From: Candidatus Zixiibacteriota bacterium
Lineage (GTDB): Bacteria; Zixibacteria; MSB-5A5; RBG-16-43-9
Direction of reading: 5' to 3'
Assembly: GCA_030692925.1 (NCBI GenBank)
Contig: JAUYBY010000093.1
Span: 11,258 to 75,257, forward strand
Length of the DNA: 64,000 bases
Shown here: one piece after another, positions 21,666 to 31,901 of the stretch
Position numbering within the stretch: the stretch's first letter is position 1
How the letters are laid out: every line of letters starts with the position of its first letter
Notes under the pieces: generated by a model
What the model was told of the DNA's origin: nothing
Database searches by the model: none
The model's input: the letters and a program-made list of their open reading frames with translations, nothing else
Made by a program: the position numbers and the translations under genes

Positions 21666-22091
21666 TTATTCTGTGCTTACCAAATCCTTTAACTTCTCGA
21701 AGGTTTTTTGCCCAATCCCCCTTACATTTTTAAGCTCATCAGTGGAAAGGAATCTGCCCTTACTTCCCCGGTAAGACAAAATCCTTTTACCCAATTCCTT
21801 ACCTATCCCTGGTAAGGATTCAAGCTCCTCCAAAGTAGCAGTATTGAGATCTATCTTCTTATTTGAGGTATTCGAGTCCAGGTTTTCCGGGGGAACTGAA
21901 CTCTTTGGCGGCTCGAAAACTTTCTTCTCTATATGACGGTTTTCCTTGAGCAATAGCTCCGGGGCAAAATCCGGATGATATTTTTTGTAAAGGGTAACTC
22001 CGCTGCCAATTAAAAGGATTACAATAAGAAAGATTATGGCTTTTGTTTCCTGGGGCGTGAAACTGAAAAAATCGATTCTCTTTTCAGTCAT
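21666..22091 (-). CDS. comEA: ComEA-family helix-hairpin-helix DNA-binding protein
   Basis: N-terminal TM, then IDLNTATLEELESLPGIGKELGKRILSYR...LKNVRGIGQKTFEKLK. Confidence 0.8.
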   Translation of the reverse strand: MTEKRIDFFSFTPQETKAIIFLIVILLIGSGVTLYKKYHPDFAPELLLKENRHIEKKVFEPPKSSVPPENLDSNTSNKKIDLNTATLEELESLPGIGKELGKRILSYRGSKGRFLSTDELKNVRGIGQKTFEKLKDLVSTE

Positions 22092-22992
22092 ATAAAACTT
22101 TTAGCAGAACCTTTCCCACCTTTTCCAGGCTTTCCGGACTGCACTTGTCCGGAGTATCCCCTAAGGTATGCCAGTAGGGATAATCGAAGTCGATAATGTC
22201 AATACAGGGAATGCCGGCTTTAATCAGAAAAAGATGATCATCAACCAAGCTGTATTTTACCTCTGGTTTGAAATTTGAAATCGAGAGCTTCTCAGCTTTT
22301 GACCAGACTAAGTCGACCACTTCTTTAGCATACTGGTTGGAGTAACCTTCCTTATAAATCTGCAAGTCCTTATCCCCTATCATATCCAGCAATATCCCGA
22401 AAGATGCTTTATACCCTCCTAAATTCCGCGAGAAATAACTCGAGCCCAGGCACCATCTTTCCGGGTGGTCGTCTGAGCCCAGATCCTCAGCATCAAAAAA
22501 GACCAGGTCAACTCCATATCTGGGCTTTTTCTTAGACAGTATAGGGGCTAATTCCATAAGAACCGCAACTCCGGAAGCTCCGTCATTTGCTCCTAAGATC
22601 GGGGTTGAGTGGTTTTCCGGGTTTGAATCTCTATCTGCCCAGGGCCTGGTATCCCAGTGGGCACACAAAAGAACTCTTTCTTTTTTTTCAGGATAGAAAG
22701 ATACAATTATGTTGCTCAATTCTAACCTTAAGTTCCCGGTTGTATCTTCCCACACAAAGTCCTGCGATTTAACTAAATTACTATATGTGGAGAAGAAGTC
22801 AAGCAGATATTTTTTTAAAGCCCGATGTCCGGGTGAACCGGGATTTCTGGGCCCAAACTGACATTCCTCTTTAAGATATTGATAAGCTCTTTCCCCCTTG
22901 AATTCCGATGAATGGTCAGAGCTGCAGCTCGCTCCGATGAAAAAAAAGAAAAATAAAGAAACCAGGCTCAATTTAGATTTTTTAATGTACAC
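22084..22992 (-). CDS. Lipoprotein glutaminyl-peptide cyclotransferase (M28-fold, type II QC-like)
   Basis: Lipobox IGASC. CAHWDTRPWAD, GANDGASGVAVLMELA, FFDAEDLG and DDHLFLIKAGIPCIDIID..YPYWHTLGDT parallel the metal and substrate motifs of animal-type and Porphyromonas-type QC. Confidence 0.7.
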   Translation of the reverse strand: MYIKKSKLSLVSLFFFFFIGASCSSDHSSEFKGERAYQYLKEECQFGPRNPGSPGHRALKKYLLDFFSTYSNLVKSQDFVWEDTTGNLRLELSNIIVSFYPEKKERVLLCAHWDTRPWADRDSNPENHSTPILGANDGASGVAVLMELAPILSKKKPRYGVDLVFFDAEDLGSDDHPERWCLGSSYFSRNLGGYKASFGILLDMIGDKDLQIYKEGYSNQYAKEVVDLVWSKAEKLSISNFKPEVKYSLVDDHLFLIKAGIPCIDIIDFDYPYWHTLGDTPDKCSPESLEKVGKVLLKVLYD

Positions 22993-23038
22993 CTTTCCAC
23001 TTCAGGTTAGAGTTAACCATTTTCAACTGATTTTAGAC

Positions 23039-26000
23039 TCAGAAGGTGACCTGAGCCCAGATGCTCAACTCCCTGGTATGATTCTTCTCCCCGCTTATTT
23101 TATTGGTTGTATCCAGCCAGCGCCCGGACAGCCCGCCTGTAACCTGGGAAGAAAAGCTGTATCCTGCGCTGGGCGTTAAAGAGAATTCCTTAGTATCTGC
23201 AGATATGTTGAACCCCTGTTCCCCTACTGAGATTTTGGTCTGGTTATGCTTTATGGAAATGCCCAACCCCAGGTTTAAATTGCTCTGGAATTTTATCTTC
23301 TTGAGAAAAGGAAGCTTCATCCCTTTTGGTGCGCTGAAGGAATAGGCAGCATTGACTCCATAAGCATCTGAAGTGCCGATGGTCTTGCCTCCTCCCCCAG
23401 ACACCCCGGATAAAGCTTGACTCTCTGCCACTAACCTATCCCAGGACCAATTAGTCTGGATTCTGTTATTGAAAGTTACCTTCAATGATAAAGGAGTAAG
23501 ACTCTTGGTGATATCCCTTTTGTTCAGCTTGCCGGTCAGACCGTCTTCTGCTGTATCAACTTTCCTTCTGTAATTAAAAGAGTAATCCACACTGGAGGCA
23601 AACCTCTTAAGAATTTTTATCTTCTCTAAGTTGCTCCAGGTTAAAACCATATCTGGGAAAGTCGTGCTCACATTCCTCACCGGGGTTCCAGAACTGGAGA
23701 CAATATTATCTACTTTAGAGTACCTTAAACTCGAGATATTTATATTTGAGGAAACCCTTAAGGCACTTCCCAGATCCAGGTTTTTCTGGGTACTCAGTCC
23801 GTCAGATCTTGCAGTCTGGGGGTCAGTGGAAAATGGAACATCGGCTTTGTCCGTGAATCCAAACTGATAGGAAAGGGAGGGCCTTTCTAAAAGCCCGCTT
23901 TTGGTGGAGGTCTTGGTTATCCGATAGTTTATGCTCAAAGCAGCCAGGTTCTGGCCTAAATTACCTACAAAGCTCCTTACCCAATTTAACGGACTTAGAC
24001 CTTTTTTAGCCTCTGCCTTGGGCTTTAGGATTCCAAATATCTTCTGCCAATAGAAGGTAAAGTTGGCTGATTTACCGGATTGATTTCCCACTGACTTGGT
24101 TCCGTGCAACTGCACCGGGTCGCCATTCTCTTTGTAGGAGGAGTTGAAACTGAAGTTTTGGTCTAAAATTCCTATCCACTTTGGACGGTAAGTGGCTGAG
24201 AAGGACTGTGATCTGCTTATTTCAATCCCCAGTTTAGCCTGTTTAGGTAAGAATGAGAATTTAAGGTTCTTATCATCTCTGATATCCCTTGAAGTCTCGA
24301 AAGTGTAACCCAGTGACACTGTTTTCAAGGGAGCCATAGAAGCACTGATTGTGCCGTTGAAATAACGGGCATATTGTGAGGTAATGTTCCCCGCACTGCT
24401 CTGGCTAAAAGACTTGATACTTCTGACTGAAGAAGAGAACATCAGGTTGGTGGGCAGGGGGTTAATAGTCTCAGAGGAGAGCTTTTTTAGGAGGAAAACC
24501 GATTTCAACCCCTTGAAAGGTGAGAAAGTTAGATTTTTCCTGGGGGTCATATCATACTGTAGTCCGAATCCATACCCCTGACTATTGGAGACTGGAGTCA
24601 CAGAACTCCTGAAATCCGTGCGCGTATAATAGATAGATTGGTTCAATTTAAGCCTCTTTAGAGTAAGCTTTAAAAGCCAGTTGTTTGTCTCCCGGTTAAA
24701 GCTGGGGAAAAAACTGAAACTCTTGGATGTGGATTCGGTCCTATCCAGGCTCCTTAGTCCCGCGGGCAGGATGATATCCGAGTCTGGCTTTAGCCTTGGC
24801 AGGTCAAGCGATTTTGTCAGGTTAAAGGAAAAAGGAAGGTTCAAGCCCCAGGAAGGAGGCAGGAATTTTTCAAAAGAAGTAGTTAAACTTATCCCTAAGC
24901 CGCTGGAGACAACCCCTAACCCTTTGCCCTCGGTCAGACTTCTGAACTCAGCATCTCTACGGGAAAATGTAATTCCCAGGCTGAAAAGATCAGCGAACTT
25001 GGTGGAGATGCTTCCGGAGTAATACCAGCCCGGCACCTTGCGCACATCTGTAACCCGGAGTTCGTCTACCCAGATTTCTCCCGACATCTCAGTTGAGTCC
25101 TTTTTTAAGGTATCGGTATATACTCCCATGTTAAACCACGCAATCTGATTGAGTCTTGGGTCTCCTTTCACCCGGTAATTCCCTGCTGTTGTATCACGAG
25201 CTGCTGTGGAATCCTTAGAAGCACTCATCAGCATGTAGTTTTTCAGAGCAGTTATCTGGCTAAAATCCATATTGACTTCACTTCTTGAATCCCATCCAGG
25301 ATAAAGGTCGCAGTGATATTCGTAGAAATTCAGGGAATCTGTGCCCATCCTGTAGAAAAATTTAACACCGGAATTGTCTGTGGGTCCGTGCACGAACATC
25401 TTCAGCCCCTGATAATTAGTATAATCCTCTGCTTTGTGTATTCGATATGCGGAGCCATAATGCCCGGGCTTAAGGTTCTGGTATTTTAAAACCAGGGACT
25501 GCTCCTTTTCCCGGATATTAGTACTTCTATCTAAAATCCCCGCGATTCCTGGAGGGGGATTGTAGTTATTATTATCAAAGGTGTTGATCACGAAGACCTC
25601 AAATGATTCGCGAGTCGAATCGACTGGGGCAAAAGTCGAATCGTTCATTGACTGAACGCCAATGCTCCTCCACCGGTTACTCACCAGTTGGATAGAGGCG
25701 ATCTGCACTGAAACCGTCTTGCCAGTGGTATCAGAGGAGGAAAGCCATATCCGGGCAAATTTTATGCTGGAGAAATCAGGAGCTCCCACGCTGATTCGGT
25801 TCTGTGTATTTTCCAGAGGAATGCGGTAAAGTCGCCAACCGTTATGATAGGTACCGGGCACCCAGAGAGAAGCGTCTTTTAAGTTTATCGGAAATTCGAA
25901 ATAGTTATCATCTTTATCTAACTCGTTAATCCCATTGATATCCTCAGTATCAGGCCTTCTCCCTCTGTCCGGATCACTGGCATTCCCTTGAGTGCCATTT

Positions 26001-28984
26001 ATGTGGCTATAATTGTTTTTATCTTTCTCTGGATCATAACCCCAGTTATCCCCGCTCAAATCAATTCCTGCAGAATCCTCAAATATCCCATCCAAACCAG
26101 TATCTTCATCAGGATCTTCATCTAAGATTCCGTTCCCTCTTTGACCATTGGAGGGCCTATCTTCTGTTTGCAGTAAACCATCACCGTTTATGTTTTCGCT
26201 TATTTCGCCTAAGTCAATGTTCAAAACGATACCTAAGGTAGCGCTTGCGTCTTCCTTAACCCAGACCTCCAGGAACTTGGTCCTGGTCTGGTCCCAGCTG
26301 CTCGGAGCGAATGCTCTCATAACCCCGTTGCAGGACTTATAAGAGGAATCAGAATAGAAGGCAGGATTAACGCCAACGCTATCTTTCGGCGCATGCGGAT
26401 GTTTGGGGTAAAGCTCTAAATTGAGCACATCCATCCAGGCTTCCCTTGCCTGAACCTGACGGTTAGGCCAGATATCTTGTATCTGCACCCGGTCATAAGG
26501 GTTATACCAGATCATCCTTGCTCTCTGCCAGTTCCCTTGAGGCATGCTGGAAAGGGACCAGGTTCCCCGGCGAATCCCCAGATCAGTATATTCTAAGGAG
26601 CTTTCAAAATCATCTATATAGGCTTTGTTTATCAGATTGGGATTAGGTATGCTCTGAGCCACTTTCAGGCTAATATCAACTTTGGAGGGCTCCTCGGTTC
26701 CGAAAAGGGGAAGAGCATCTGCCAACTTAGTCATAATCGAGGGGGTTAAGGAGAAGGAAAGGTCTGTGCCCCAGACGAAATTTTTTTTCTGCTCCTCGCC
26801 AACCCTGGGTCTATCATCGGTGGATTTCTCGCTTTTGTAAAGCGCCACGCTGTTGATTGTTAAACCGCTAGCGGCCTGATATTTCGCCTGAAGTCCGTAA
26901 AGCGATTTCTTCTCTGCCATAATAAACGGGGCATATTCATAATCAATTTTTAGCTCTGCGGTTGCGTTTGTAGCCTCCTGAGATAGAAAACTGATCTGCC
27001 CGTTATCGTAATCAATATTATAATCCTTGCCTTTGGCTAAATTCTTACCGTTCAAGGTCACTACTTCCGAGCCTTCGATTATCGGAGCATGACCTAAGGC
27101 AAACTCGGTCTTGCGGCTTTTGGTCTCAACGTAGATATAATATTTGGTCTTGTCCCCTAACTTTTGCACAAACTGGTTGTTTTCTGGGGTATTGTATATG
27201 TCAGGTATTTTTTCATTTAAGGTATCAGCACCATTTTGAGGAAATGGTCTGTAATTAAAAGGATGCCGGTCCGGGAAGAAGAGCAGACCCTTGTTAAAAT
27301 CTATCCGGTCTAAATCTACAACCCCATCCGGTGTATCCTTCTTCCCATATTGATCAATGTTATCCAGCCCCAATATCTGAATATACCTCACCCCATTCTG
27401 CTGGTCCGGATCAGTGTTATTGGTGTACTCTGATTCTAATCGGCTGACTCCTTTATAGATATTTATCTTCAGCCCATCCTTTTCGATATTCCTTGAGCCC
27501 AGTGAATAGACATTCCTCCACTCGTATTCCCAGGTAACCTGATCCGGACGGGAATCATACGGCTTGAGAAGTTTGAGCAGAAAGGTTGTATCCGACACCA
27601 GAATGCTGTCAGGATTAGAAGGAATGTAGTATCTTAGGGTTCCTATAGAATCTCGAGTTCCATCTTCATGCTTTACCACACCCCAGTAAGCTAATACATC
27701 ATTTTCTCCCGAGGAATAAGGTAACTCTATAAATGGCAAGGTTGCAGTATTACTGGCTATATCCCTGGTCATAGTGCGATAGACATAATAGTCTTCTTTA
27801 TCGATATGTTTAAATACCCTGTATTCAGACTCACTTGTATCTTGCTCTCGATTTATTGGGTCAACACAGGCAAAACCGTGAGCCGAAGTATTGTAAAGTG
27901 TATCCGAAAGAGTAATGCTCTTATAAAGTTCAAACTCTACTAAGCTATCCCCTGGCTGAAAATCATTGACCTGGTGATCCAACGCAGAACTTCTTCCCAG
28001 ATAGTAGAATCTCCTTTTCACAAAATCATAATCCCGGATATAACTTGTAGCGCTCTCTGAGCCGGCTTTGAATGTGGTTCTTTGAGTGGAGGATTTCTCC
28101 TGGCTGGTTATCATTGTCAGGCCCAGTCTGCCGACTCTGGCCGTGGCTTTAATCCCGAAAAGACCGCGTATTGCCTGGCTGTACCCGACCAGGCTGCTTC
28201 CCACAGTCAGGCTTGTATTCCCCAATTCTATGCTCTGCAGGATCTCGTCTTCCTCTCCCGCATACCGTAAGTGAATCCGGTTCGCCAGATCAGTTGTGGT
28301 TGCGCTATTCTGGTCAACGTCCACGGAGATTTTGCTTCCGATATTTCCATTGATCTTGAAACTGTATTTCTGCTCCATATTCAAAGAGGGCCATTTGGAG
28401 GGCTTGTAAGTCGCCGTCTTGACCAGCCCCTCTGTCCAGTTACTCCTTCCGGAAAAGGAGATCTTCCGGTTTCCGGTGATTTTCAGACTGGGACCTCCCT
28501 CGCCTATGAATTTGGATACGATGGAGGGAAATTTAACCGGGATGTCGAACTGGAAAAAGCTCCTGCGCTTTCCCTGCTGGGTCTGGATTAAGGAAAGGTT
28601 TATGTTCTTTCGCCAGTTATCCTGATATTGAGAGGAAAGAGTATAACTCATATAAGAATCCAGGCTCAGGGGGAAAACATTATCAACCGGGTAAGAGCCC
28701 AGCTTATCCTTAAGCTCGACTACTTTATCTTCGTAGTTTATTTTAACTGTCCGGGCAAAGAAGATTTTGTTTTTAAGGAGAGGAAGCTCTTTAAAAGCCA
28801 GGGAAAGACCCACATCTTGAGTGCCCGGCTTATGATAGGAGCAGCTACTATTTTTCGCGTCTAAATCTAATTTCAAGCCCTGGGCTGCGCCTAAAGCCGG
28901 CAAAAGTAAAAACAAAACCGCCAGTTTCAAAAAAGACTTTACGCCCTTGGCGGCAAAAAGAGGTACTTCTGATTTTCTTACCAT
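23039..28984 (-). CDS. sprA: T9SS translocon SprA (giant outer-membrane beta-barrel)
   Basis: 1981 aa with a signal peptide. Composition typical of the SprA family (long beta-strand-rich sequence, C-terminus ...SIWAQVTF), alongside T9SS CTD cargo genes in the same window. Recognised from memory, not by search. Confidence 0.8.
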   Translation of the reverse strand: MVRKSEVPLFAAKGVKSFLKLAVLFLLLPALGAAQGLKLDLDAKNSSCSYHKPGTQDVGLSLAFKELPLLKNKIFFARTVKINYEDKVVELKDKLGSYPVDNVFPLSLDSYMSYTLSSQYQDNWRKNINLSLIQTQQGKRRSFFQFDIPVKFPSIVSKFIGEGGPSLKITGNRKISFSGRSNWTEGLVKTATYKPSKWPSLNMEQKYSFKINGNIGSKISVDVDQNSATTTDLANRIHLRYAGEEDEILQSIELGNTSLTVGSSLVGYSQAIRGLFGIKATARVGRLGLTMITSQEKSSTQRTTFKAGSESATSYIRDYDFVKRRFYYLGRSSALDHQVNDFQPGDSLVEFELYKSITLSDTLYNTSAHGFACVDPINREQDTSESEYRVFKHIDKEDYYVYRTMTRDIASNTATLPFIELPYSSGENDVLAYWGVVKHEDGTRDSIGTLRYYIPSNPDSILVSDTTFLLKLLKPYDSRPDQVTWEYEWRNVYSLGSRNIEKDGLKINIYKGVSRLESEYTNNTDPDQQNGVRYIQILGLDNIDQYGKKDTPDGVVDLDRIDFNKGLLFFPDRHPFNYRPFPQNGADTLNEKIPDIYNTPENNQFVQKLGDKTKYYIYVETKSRKTEFALGHAPIIEGSEVVTLNGKNLAKGKDYNIDYDNGQISFLSQEATNATAELKIDYEYAPFIMAEKKSLYGLQAKYQAASGLTINSVALYKSEKSTDDRPRVGEEQKKNFVWGTDLSFSLTPSIMTKLADALPLFGTEEPSKVDISLKVAQSIPNPNLINKAYIDDFESSLEYTDLGIRRGTWSLSSMPQGNWQRARMIWYNPYDRVQIQDIWPNRQVQAREAWMDVLNLELYPKHPHAPKDSVGVNPAFYSDSSYKSCNGVMRAFAPSSWDQTRTKFLEVWVKEDASATLGIVLNIDLGEISENINGDGLLQTEDRPSNGQRGNGILDEDPDEDTGLDGIFEDSAGIDLSGDNWGYDPEKDKNNYSHINGTQGNASDPDRGRRPDTEDINGINELDKDDNYFEFPINLKDASLWVPGTYHNGWRLYRIPLENTQNRISVGAPDFSSIKFARIWLSSSDTTGKTVSVQIASIQLVSNRWRSIGVQSMNDSTFAPVDSTRESFEVFVINTFDNNNYNPPPGIAGILDRSTNIREKEQSLVLKYQNLKPGHYGSAYRIHKAEDYTNYQGLKMFVHGPTDNSGVKFFYRMGTDSLNFYEYHCDLYPGWDSRSEVNMDFSQITALKNYMLMSASKDSTAARDTTAGNYRVKGDPRLNQIAWFNMGVYTDTLKKDSTEMSGEIWVDELRVTDVRKVPGWYYSGSISTKFADLFSLGITFSRRDAEFRSLTEGKGLGVVSSGLGISLTTSFEKFLPPSWGLNLPFSFNLTKSLDLPRLKPDSDIILPAGLRSLDRTESTSKSFSFFPSFNRETNNWLLKLTLKRLKLNQSIYYTRTDFRSSVTPVSNSQGYGFGLQYDMTPRKNLTFSPFKGLKSVFLLKKLSSETINPLPTNLMFSSSVRSIKSFSQSSAGNITSQYARYFNGTISASMAPLKTVSLGYTFETSRDIRDDKNLKFSFLPKQAKLGIEISRSQSFSATYRPKWIGILDQNFSFNSSYKENGDPVQLHGTKSVGNQSGKSANFTFYWQKIFGILKPKAEAKKGLSPLNWVRSFVGNLGQNLAALSINYRITKTSTKSGLLERPSLSYQFGFTDKADVPFSTDPQTARSDGLSTQKNLDLGSALRVSSNINISSLRYSKVDNIVSSSGTPVRNVSTTFPDMVLTWSNLEKIKILKRFASSVDYSFNYRRKVDTAEDGLTGKLNKRDITKSLTPLSLKVTFNNRIQTNWSWDRLVAESQALSGVSGGGGKTIGTSDAYGVNAAYSFSAPKGMKLPFLKKIKFQSNLNLGLGISIKHNQTKISVGEQGFNISADTKEFSLTPSAGYSFSSQVTGGLSGRWLDTTNKISGEKNHTRELSIWAQVTF

Positions 28985-29041
28985 CGGGTCACCTTTAGAA
29001 ACCCTTAGATATTATCGATAATTACCTCCTTTCCTAAAGTT

Positions 29042-29998
29042 TTACTCTCCTAAATAGATTACTTCTTCTTCTAACTCTATGTTGAATTTTTCTTTTACTT
29101 TTTCTTTCAATGCCCTGGCTAAGGTTTTTACATCCTGTGAAGTGGCTTTGCCTGAATTTATTATTATGTTGGCATGTTTGGAGAAAACCGTGGCATCTCC
29201 TATTCTCATCTCTTTGGCACCAACCTGTTCTAAAAGATACCCTGCCGAGACTCCGGATGAGCAGTTCTTGGAGGATTTAATATTCTTGAAAAATGAGCCC
29301 GCAGAGCCCTCCTCTTCCGGAAGCCTAACCCTTCTCACCTTCAGGTTCTCCTCTATCTTCTTTCTTATCTTCTCCCTATCCTCCTTTTGCAAGATCAGGG
29401 TAGCTGAAAGCAAAATGTCCTTTGAGCTTTTTAATTTTGAATGACGGTAATCGAATTCAAAATAATCCCGATTGACTATCTCCAGCTTCCCTTTTGAGGT
29501 AAGGATTATACCTTCTTCCAGAACCTCGCAGATCGCCTTTCCGAAGGCGCCAGCATTACCGTAAACTGCACCACCCAGGGTGCCATAGATTCCTGCTGCA
29601 AACTCCAGACCCGACAATCCCAGTTCTTCTGAAAGGTCAACCAATTCCGAAAGCAAAGTGCCGGATTGAGCTGAGACCTTGTTCTCCTGAATCAGAACTT
29701 TTTTGCATAAGTTTTTTATCACCAGCCCGCGGAACCCGGAGTCGCTGACTAAAAGGTTACTCCCTCCTCCTAAGATGAAATACGGAAGATTAAACTCTTT
29801 TGCAGTATTTATTCCCTTGATCAGCTCTTCAGGAGTGAGGGCTTGATAGAAGAAATCAGCTGGACCGCCGATTCTGAAAGTCGTGTGAGAGGCTAAAAGC
29901 TCACCTGTTTTAAGATTCTCCCCTAAGATTTCAAAGAGCTTTTGCTTAATCCCTTCGGGATAAGCTTTTGGATTGCATCCTCTTCTATTTATCGACAT
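29042..29998 (-). CDS. murB: UDP-N-acetylenolpyruvoylglucosamine reductase
   Basis: FAD-binding TFRIGGPADFF...GGGSNLLVSD and the C-terminal MurB domain. Confidence 0.92.
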   Translation of the reverse strand: MSINRRGCNPKAYPEGIKQKLFEILGENLKTGELLASHTTFRIGGPADFFYQALTPEELIKGINTAKEFNLPYFILGGGSNLLVSDSGFRGLVIKNLCKKVLIQENKVSAQSGTLLSELVDLSEELGLSGLEFAAGIYGTLGGAVYGNAGAFGKAICEVLEEGIILTSKGKLEIVNRDYFEFDYRHSKLKSSKDILLSATLILQKEDREKIRKKIEENLKVRRVRLPEEEGSAGSFFKNIKSSKNCSSGVSAGYLLEQVGAKEMRIGDATVFSKHANIIINSGKATSQDVKTLARALKEKVKEKFNIELEEEVIYLGE

Positions 29999-30092
29999 CC
30001 AGTAAGCAGATTTAACCTGTAAATAATTTAACTGTTATTATTAAAAAAGCAAGGGAAAAATGAAGAAAAACCGGTGAAATTCATCTTTTTAC

Positions 30093-30123
30093 TTGACAAA
30101 AAGACGATGGGGGGGGGTATATT
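30093..30123 (+). promoter_or_regulatory. Sigma70-like promoter with a G9 tract in the spacer (TTGACA-19 nt-TATATT)
   Basis: TTTTTACTTGACAAAAAGACGATGGGGGGGGGTATATT. The upstream context TTTTTACTTGACAA is identical to the promoter at 46107-46120. The spacer is 2 nt longer than optimal and contains 9 consecutive G (30109-30117). Confidence 0.5.
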
Positions 30124-30198
30124 ATACCAGGAAACGGGTATAACCGCCCTAAAACAAAAATTTGAAAAAATAGAAATGGGAATTTTAAGGGAGGGAAG

Positions 30199-30939
30199 AT
30201 GTTAAAAAGGCTAGGTTATTTGATGTTATTAACCATGTTAACCATTTTTGGGCTTGCCCTGAAGTGTGAGGAAGGGCAGGTGGGTCCCAATCCCTGTGAT
30301 GATTACAAATCTGGAAGAATGAGAATAGAGCATGACCAACAAGCAGGGTGGAGTATTTACCAGCATGAATTTAACGGAGACGTTTGGGTCTCTGCGTTTA
30401 AGGAAGTAGGAACCGAGGTAGCTTTCTGCGAGGACGATGACGAGTATTTCACTGGGACTGATACAACTTATTTCGACTCGGATAGTTTAATGAAATACGA
30501 AGATTTTGAACACTTGAATCGTTTTTTTCAATCCCGAAAAACTTTGGCTGCTGAGTATTTTTTAGGGTCACTAAAAGGTTCAGTGCAAAATAAAACCCGC
30601 ACCGCAAAAGTCTGGGGATTAACGGCGGCGGGTTCGCCCAATGTCCCTCCTTCCACAAGATGGTCCTTTGTGTTCGTTCGAGATGTGCTATCAGAACCGA
30701 GTTATGGAAGGAAAAGAACCCTTACCTACGCTGTGGTCCATGAGTTGGGTCATCAGAGGGCGGGATTAACACATCCTGAAGAACATCCAGAATATCATTT
30801 TCCAGAACCAAACGAGGACTGTATTATGCATTCTAGTGTTGGTTTGAGCGAGACGGTTTTAACAAATATGGGATTTTGTGCTCATGACGATGCCACGCCA
30901 GATAATTGTAGATATTTTCTAAAACAACGTAATAGATGA
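30199..30939 (+). CDS. Secreted putative zinc metallopeptidase (zincin, metzincin/archaemetzincin-like motif)
   Basis: N-terminal hydrophobic signal. VVHELGHQRAGLTH...DCIMHSS...C(9)C. Strong SD (GGGAGGG) upstream. Confidence 0.5.
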   Translation: MLKRLGYLMLLTMLTIFGLALKCEEGQVGPNPCDDYKSGRMRIEHDQQAGWSIYQHEFNGDVWVSAFKEVGTEVAFCEDDDEYFTGTDTTYFDSDSLMKYEDFEHLNRFFQSRKTLAAEYFLGSLKGSVQNKTRTAKVWGLTAAGSPNVPPSTRWSFVFVRDVLSEPSYGRKRTLTYAVVHELGHQRAGLTHPEEHPEYHFPEPNEDCIMHSSVGLSETVLTNMGFCAHDDATPDNCRYFLKQRNR

Positions 30940-31871
30940 TGGAGGAAAAGATGAATTCTTTAAGATTAATTTCAAGGTTCGTTTTTATTCTTGGGATTAT
31001 GGCTATACTTACACAAGGCACAGCTTCACAGACTTTTGATCCCAATGCTTTGACGTTCACTATTCATTTAGATAAAAACACCTATTTGGAAAATGAAGCC
31101 ATCTGGGTTACGGTGAGTTTAAAAAACACAAGTAAGGTACAAGTGTATGCTGGAAGTTTAGAACCGTTATGCGGCTTTCTGAAGTTTTACATACTTTCCT
31201 CTAAAGGAGATACTTTGCCAGGACCGCTTGTACAGGGAGACTGCTGGTTTCCAGAAGGCAAATATCCTTCCTTAGAATCTGGAGAGAAAGACATGGAAAT
31301 TATGAACATTCTGTCACATTACGGAATTTATAACAAAGATTGTGATTGTATTTGGGGAGGTGTTATCACAGAAGGCAAATATACTATTCAAGCTAAATTA
31401 AAAGATCTTTATCACAAGAAAAAAAGCGAAAAAATGGATATTTTTTCCAATAAGCTCTCACTTGAAGTAAAAAAGTCAACTAGTAAAGAAAAAGAAGTCT
31501 TAGACCTTTTAGTTAGTGCGAAAAGGGAACAAATAAAAGGCAATTCCTCAAGTGCGATAGACATCTACAAAAAGGTAATAAAAGAATACCCTCAAAGTGT
31601 CTATGCAGATAATGCCTATTTTTTTCTCCCTACTACTTATTTCAGTAATAATGAGCTTGCTTACGATTTCTTACAAAAATATCCTAACTCAGGCTTAGCT
31701 CCGGAGGTCATTGAAGACCTAACAATAAGAAGAGAGGGTAGAGAAAAAGCACAGAAAAGTCTTGAAAAACTCATAAGCCAATATCCGAACACCAAGATTT
31801 CAGAGTATTCGCGGGTCTTAATAGAAAAATTAAAGAGAGGGAAAGTCATAGCTTCTGAAGAAACTAAATAA
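30936..31871 (+). CDS. Secreted protein with an N-terminal Ig-like region and C-terminal TPR/YbgF-like repeats
   Basis: Signal ...QGTAS|QTF. Repeats YPQSVYADNAYFFL, KYPNSGLAPEV and QYPNTKISEYS. The ATGA overlap with the upstream gene indicates translational coupling. Confidence 0.45.
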   Translation: MMEEKMNSLRLISRFVFILGIMAILTQGTASQTFDPNALTFTIHLDKNTYLENEAIWVTVSLKNTSKVQVYAGSLEPLCGFLKFYILSSKGDTLPGPLVQGDCWFPEGKYPSLESGEKDMEIMNILSHYGIYNKDCDCIWGGVITEGKYTIQAKLKDLYHKKKSEKMDIFSNKLSLEVKKSTSKEKEVLDLLVSAKREQIKGNSSSAIDIYKKVIKEYPQSVYADNAYFFLPTTYFSNNELAYDFLQKYPNSGLAPEVIEDLTIRREGREKAQKSLEKLISQYPNTKISEYSRVLIEKLKRGKVIASEETK

Positions 31872-31901
31872 TCTAGAATTTTAGGGAAAGAGGTGAGCAG
31901 C

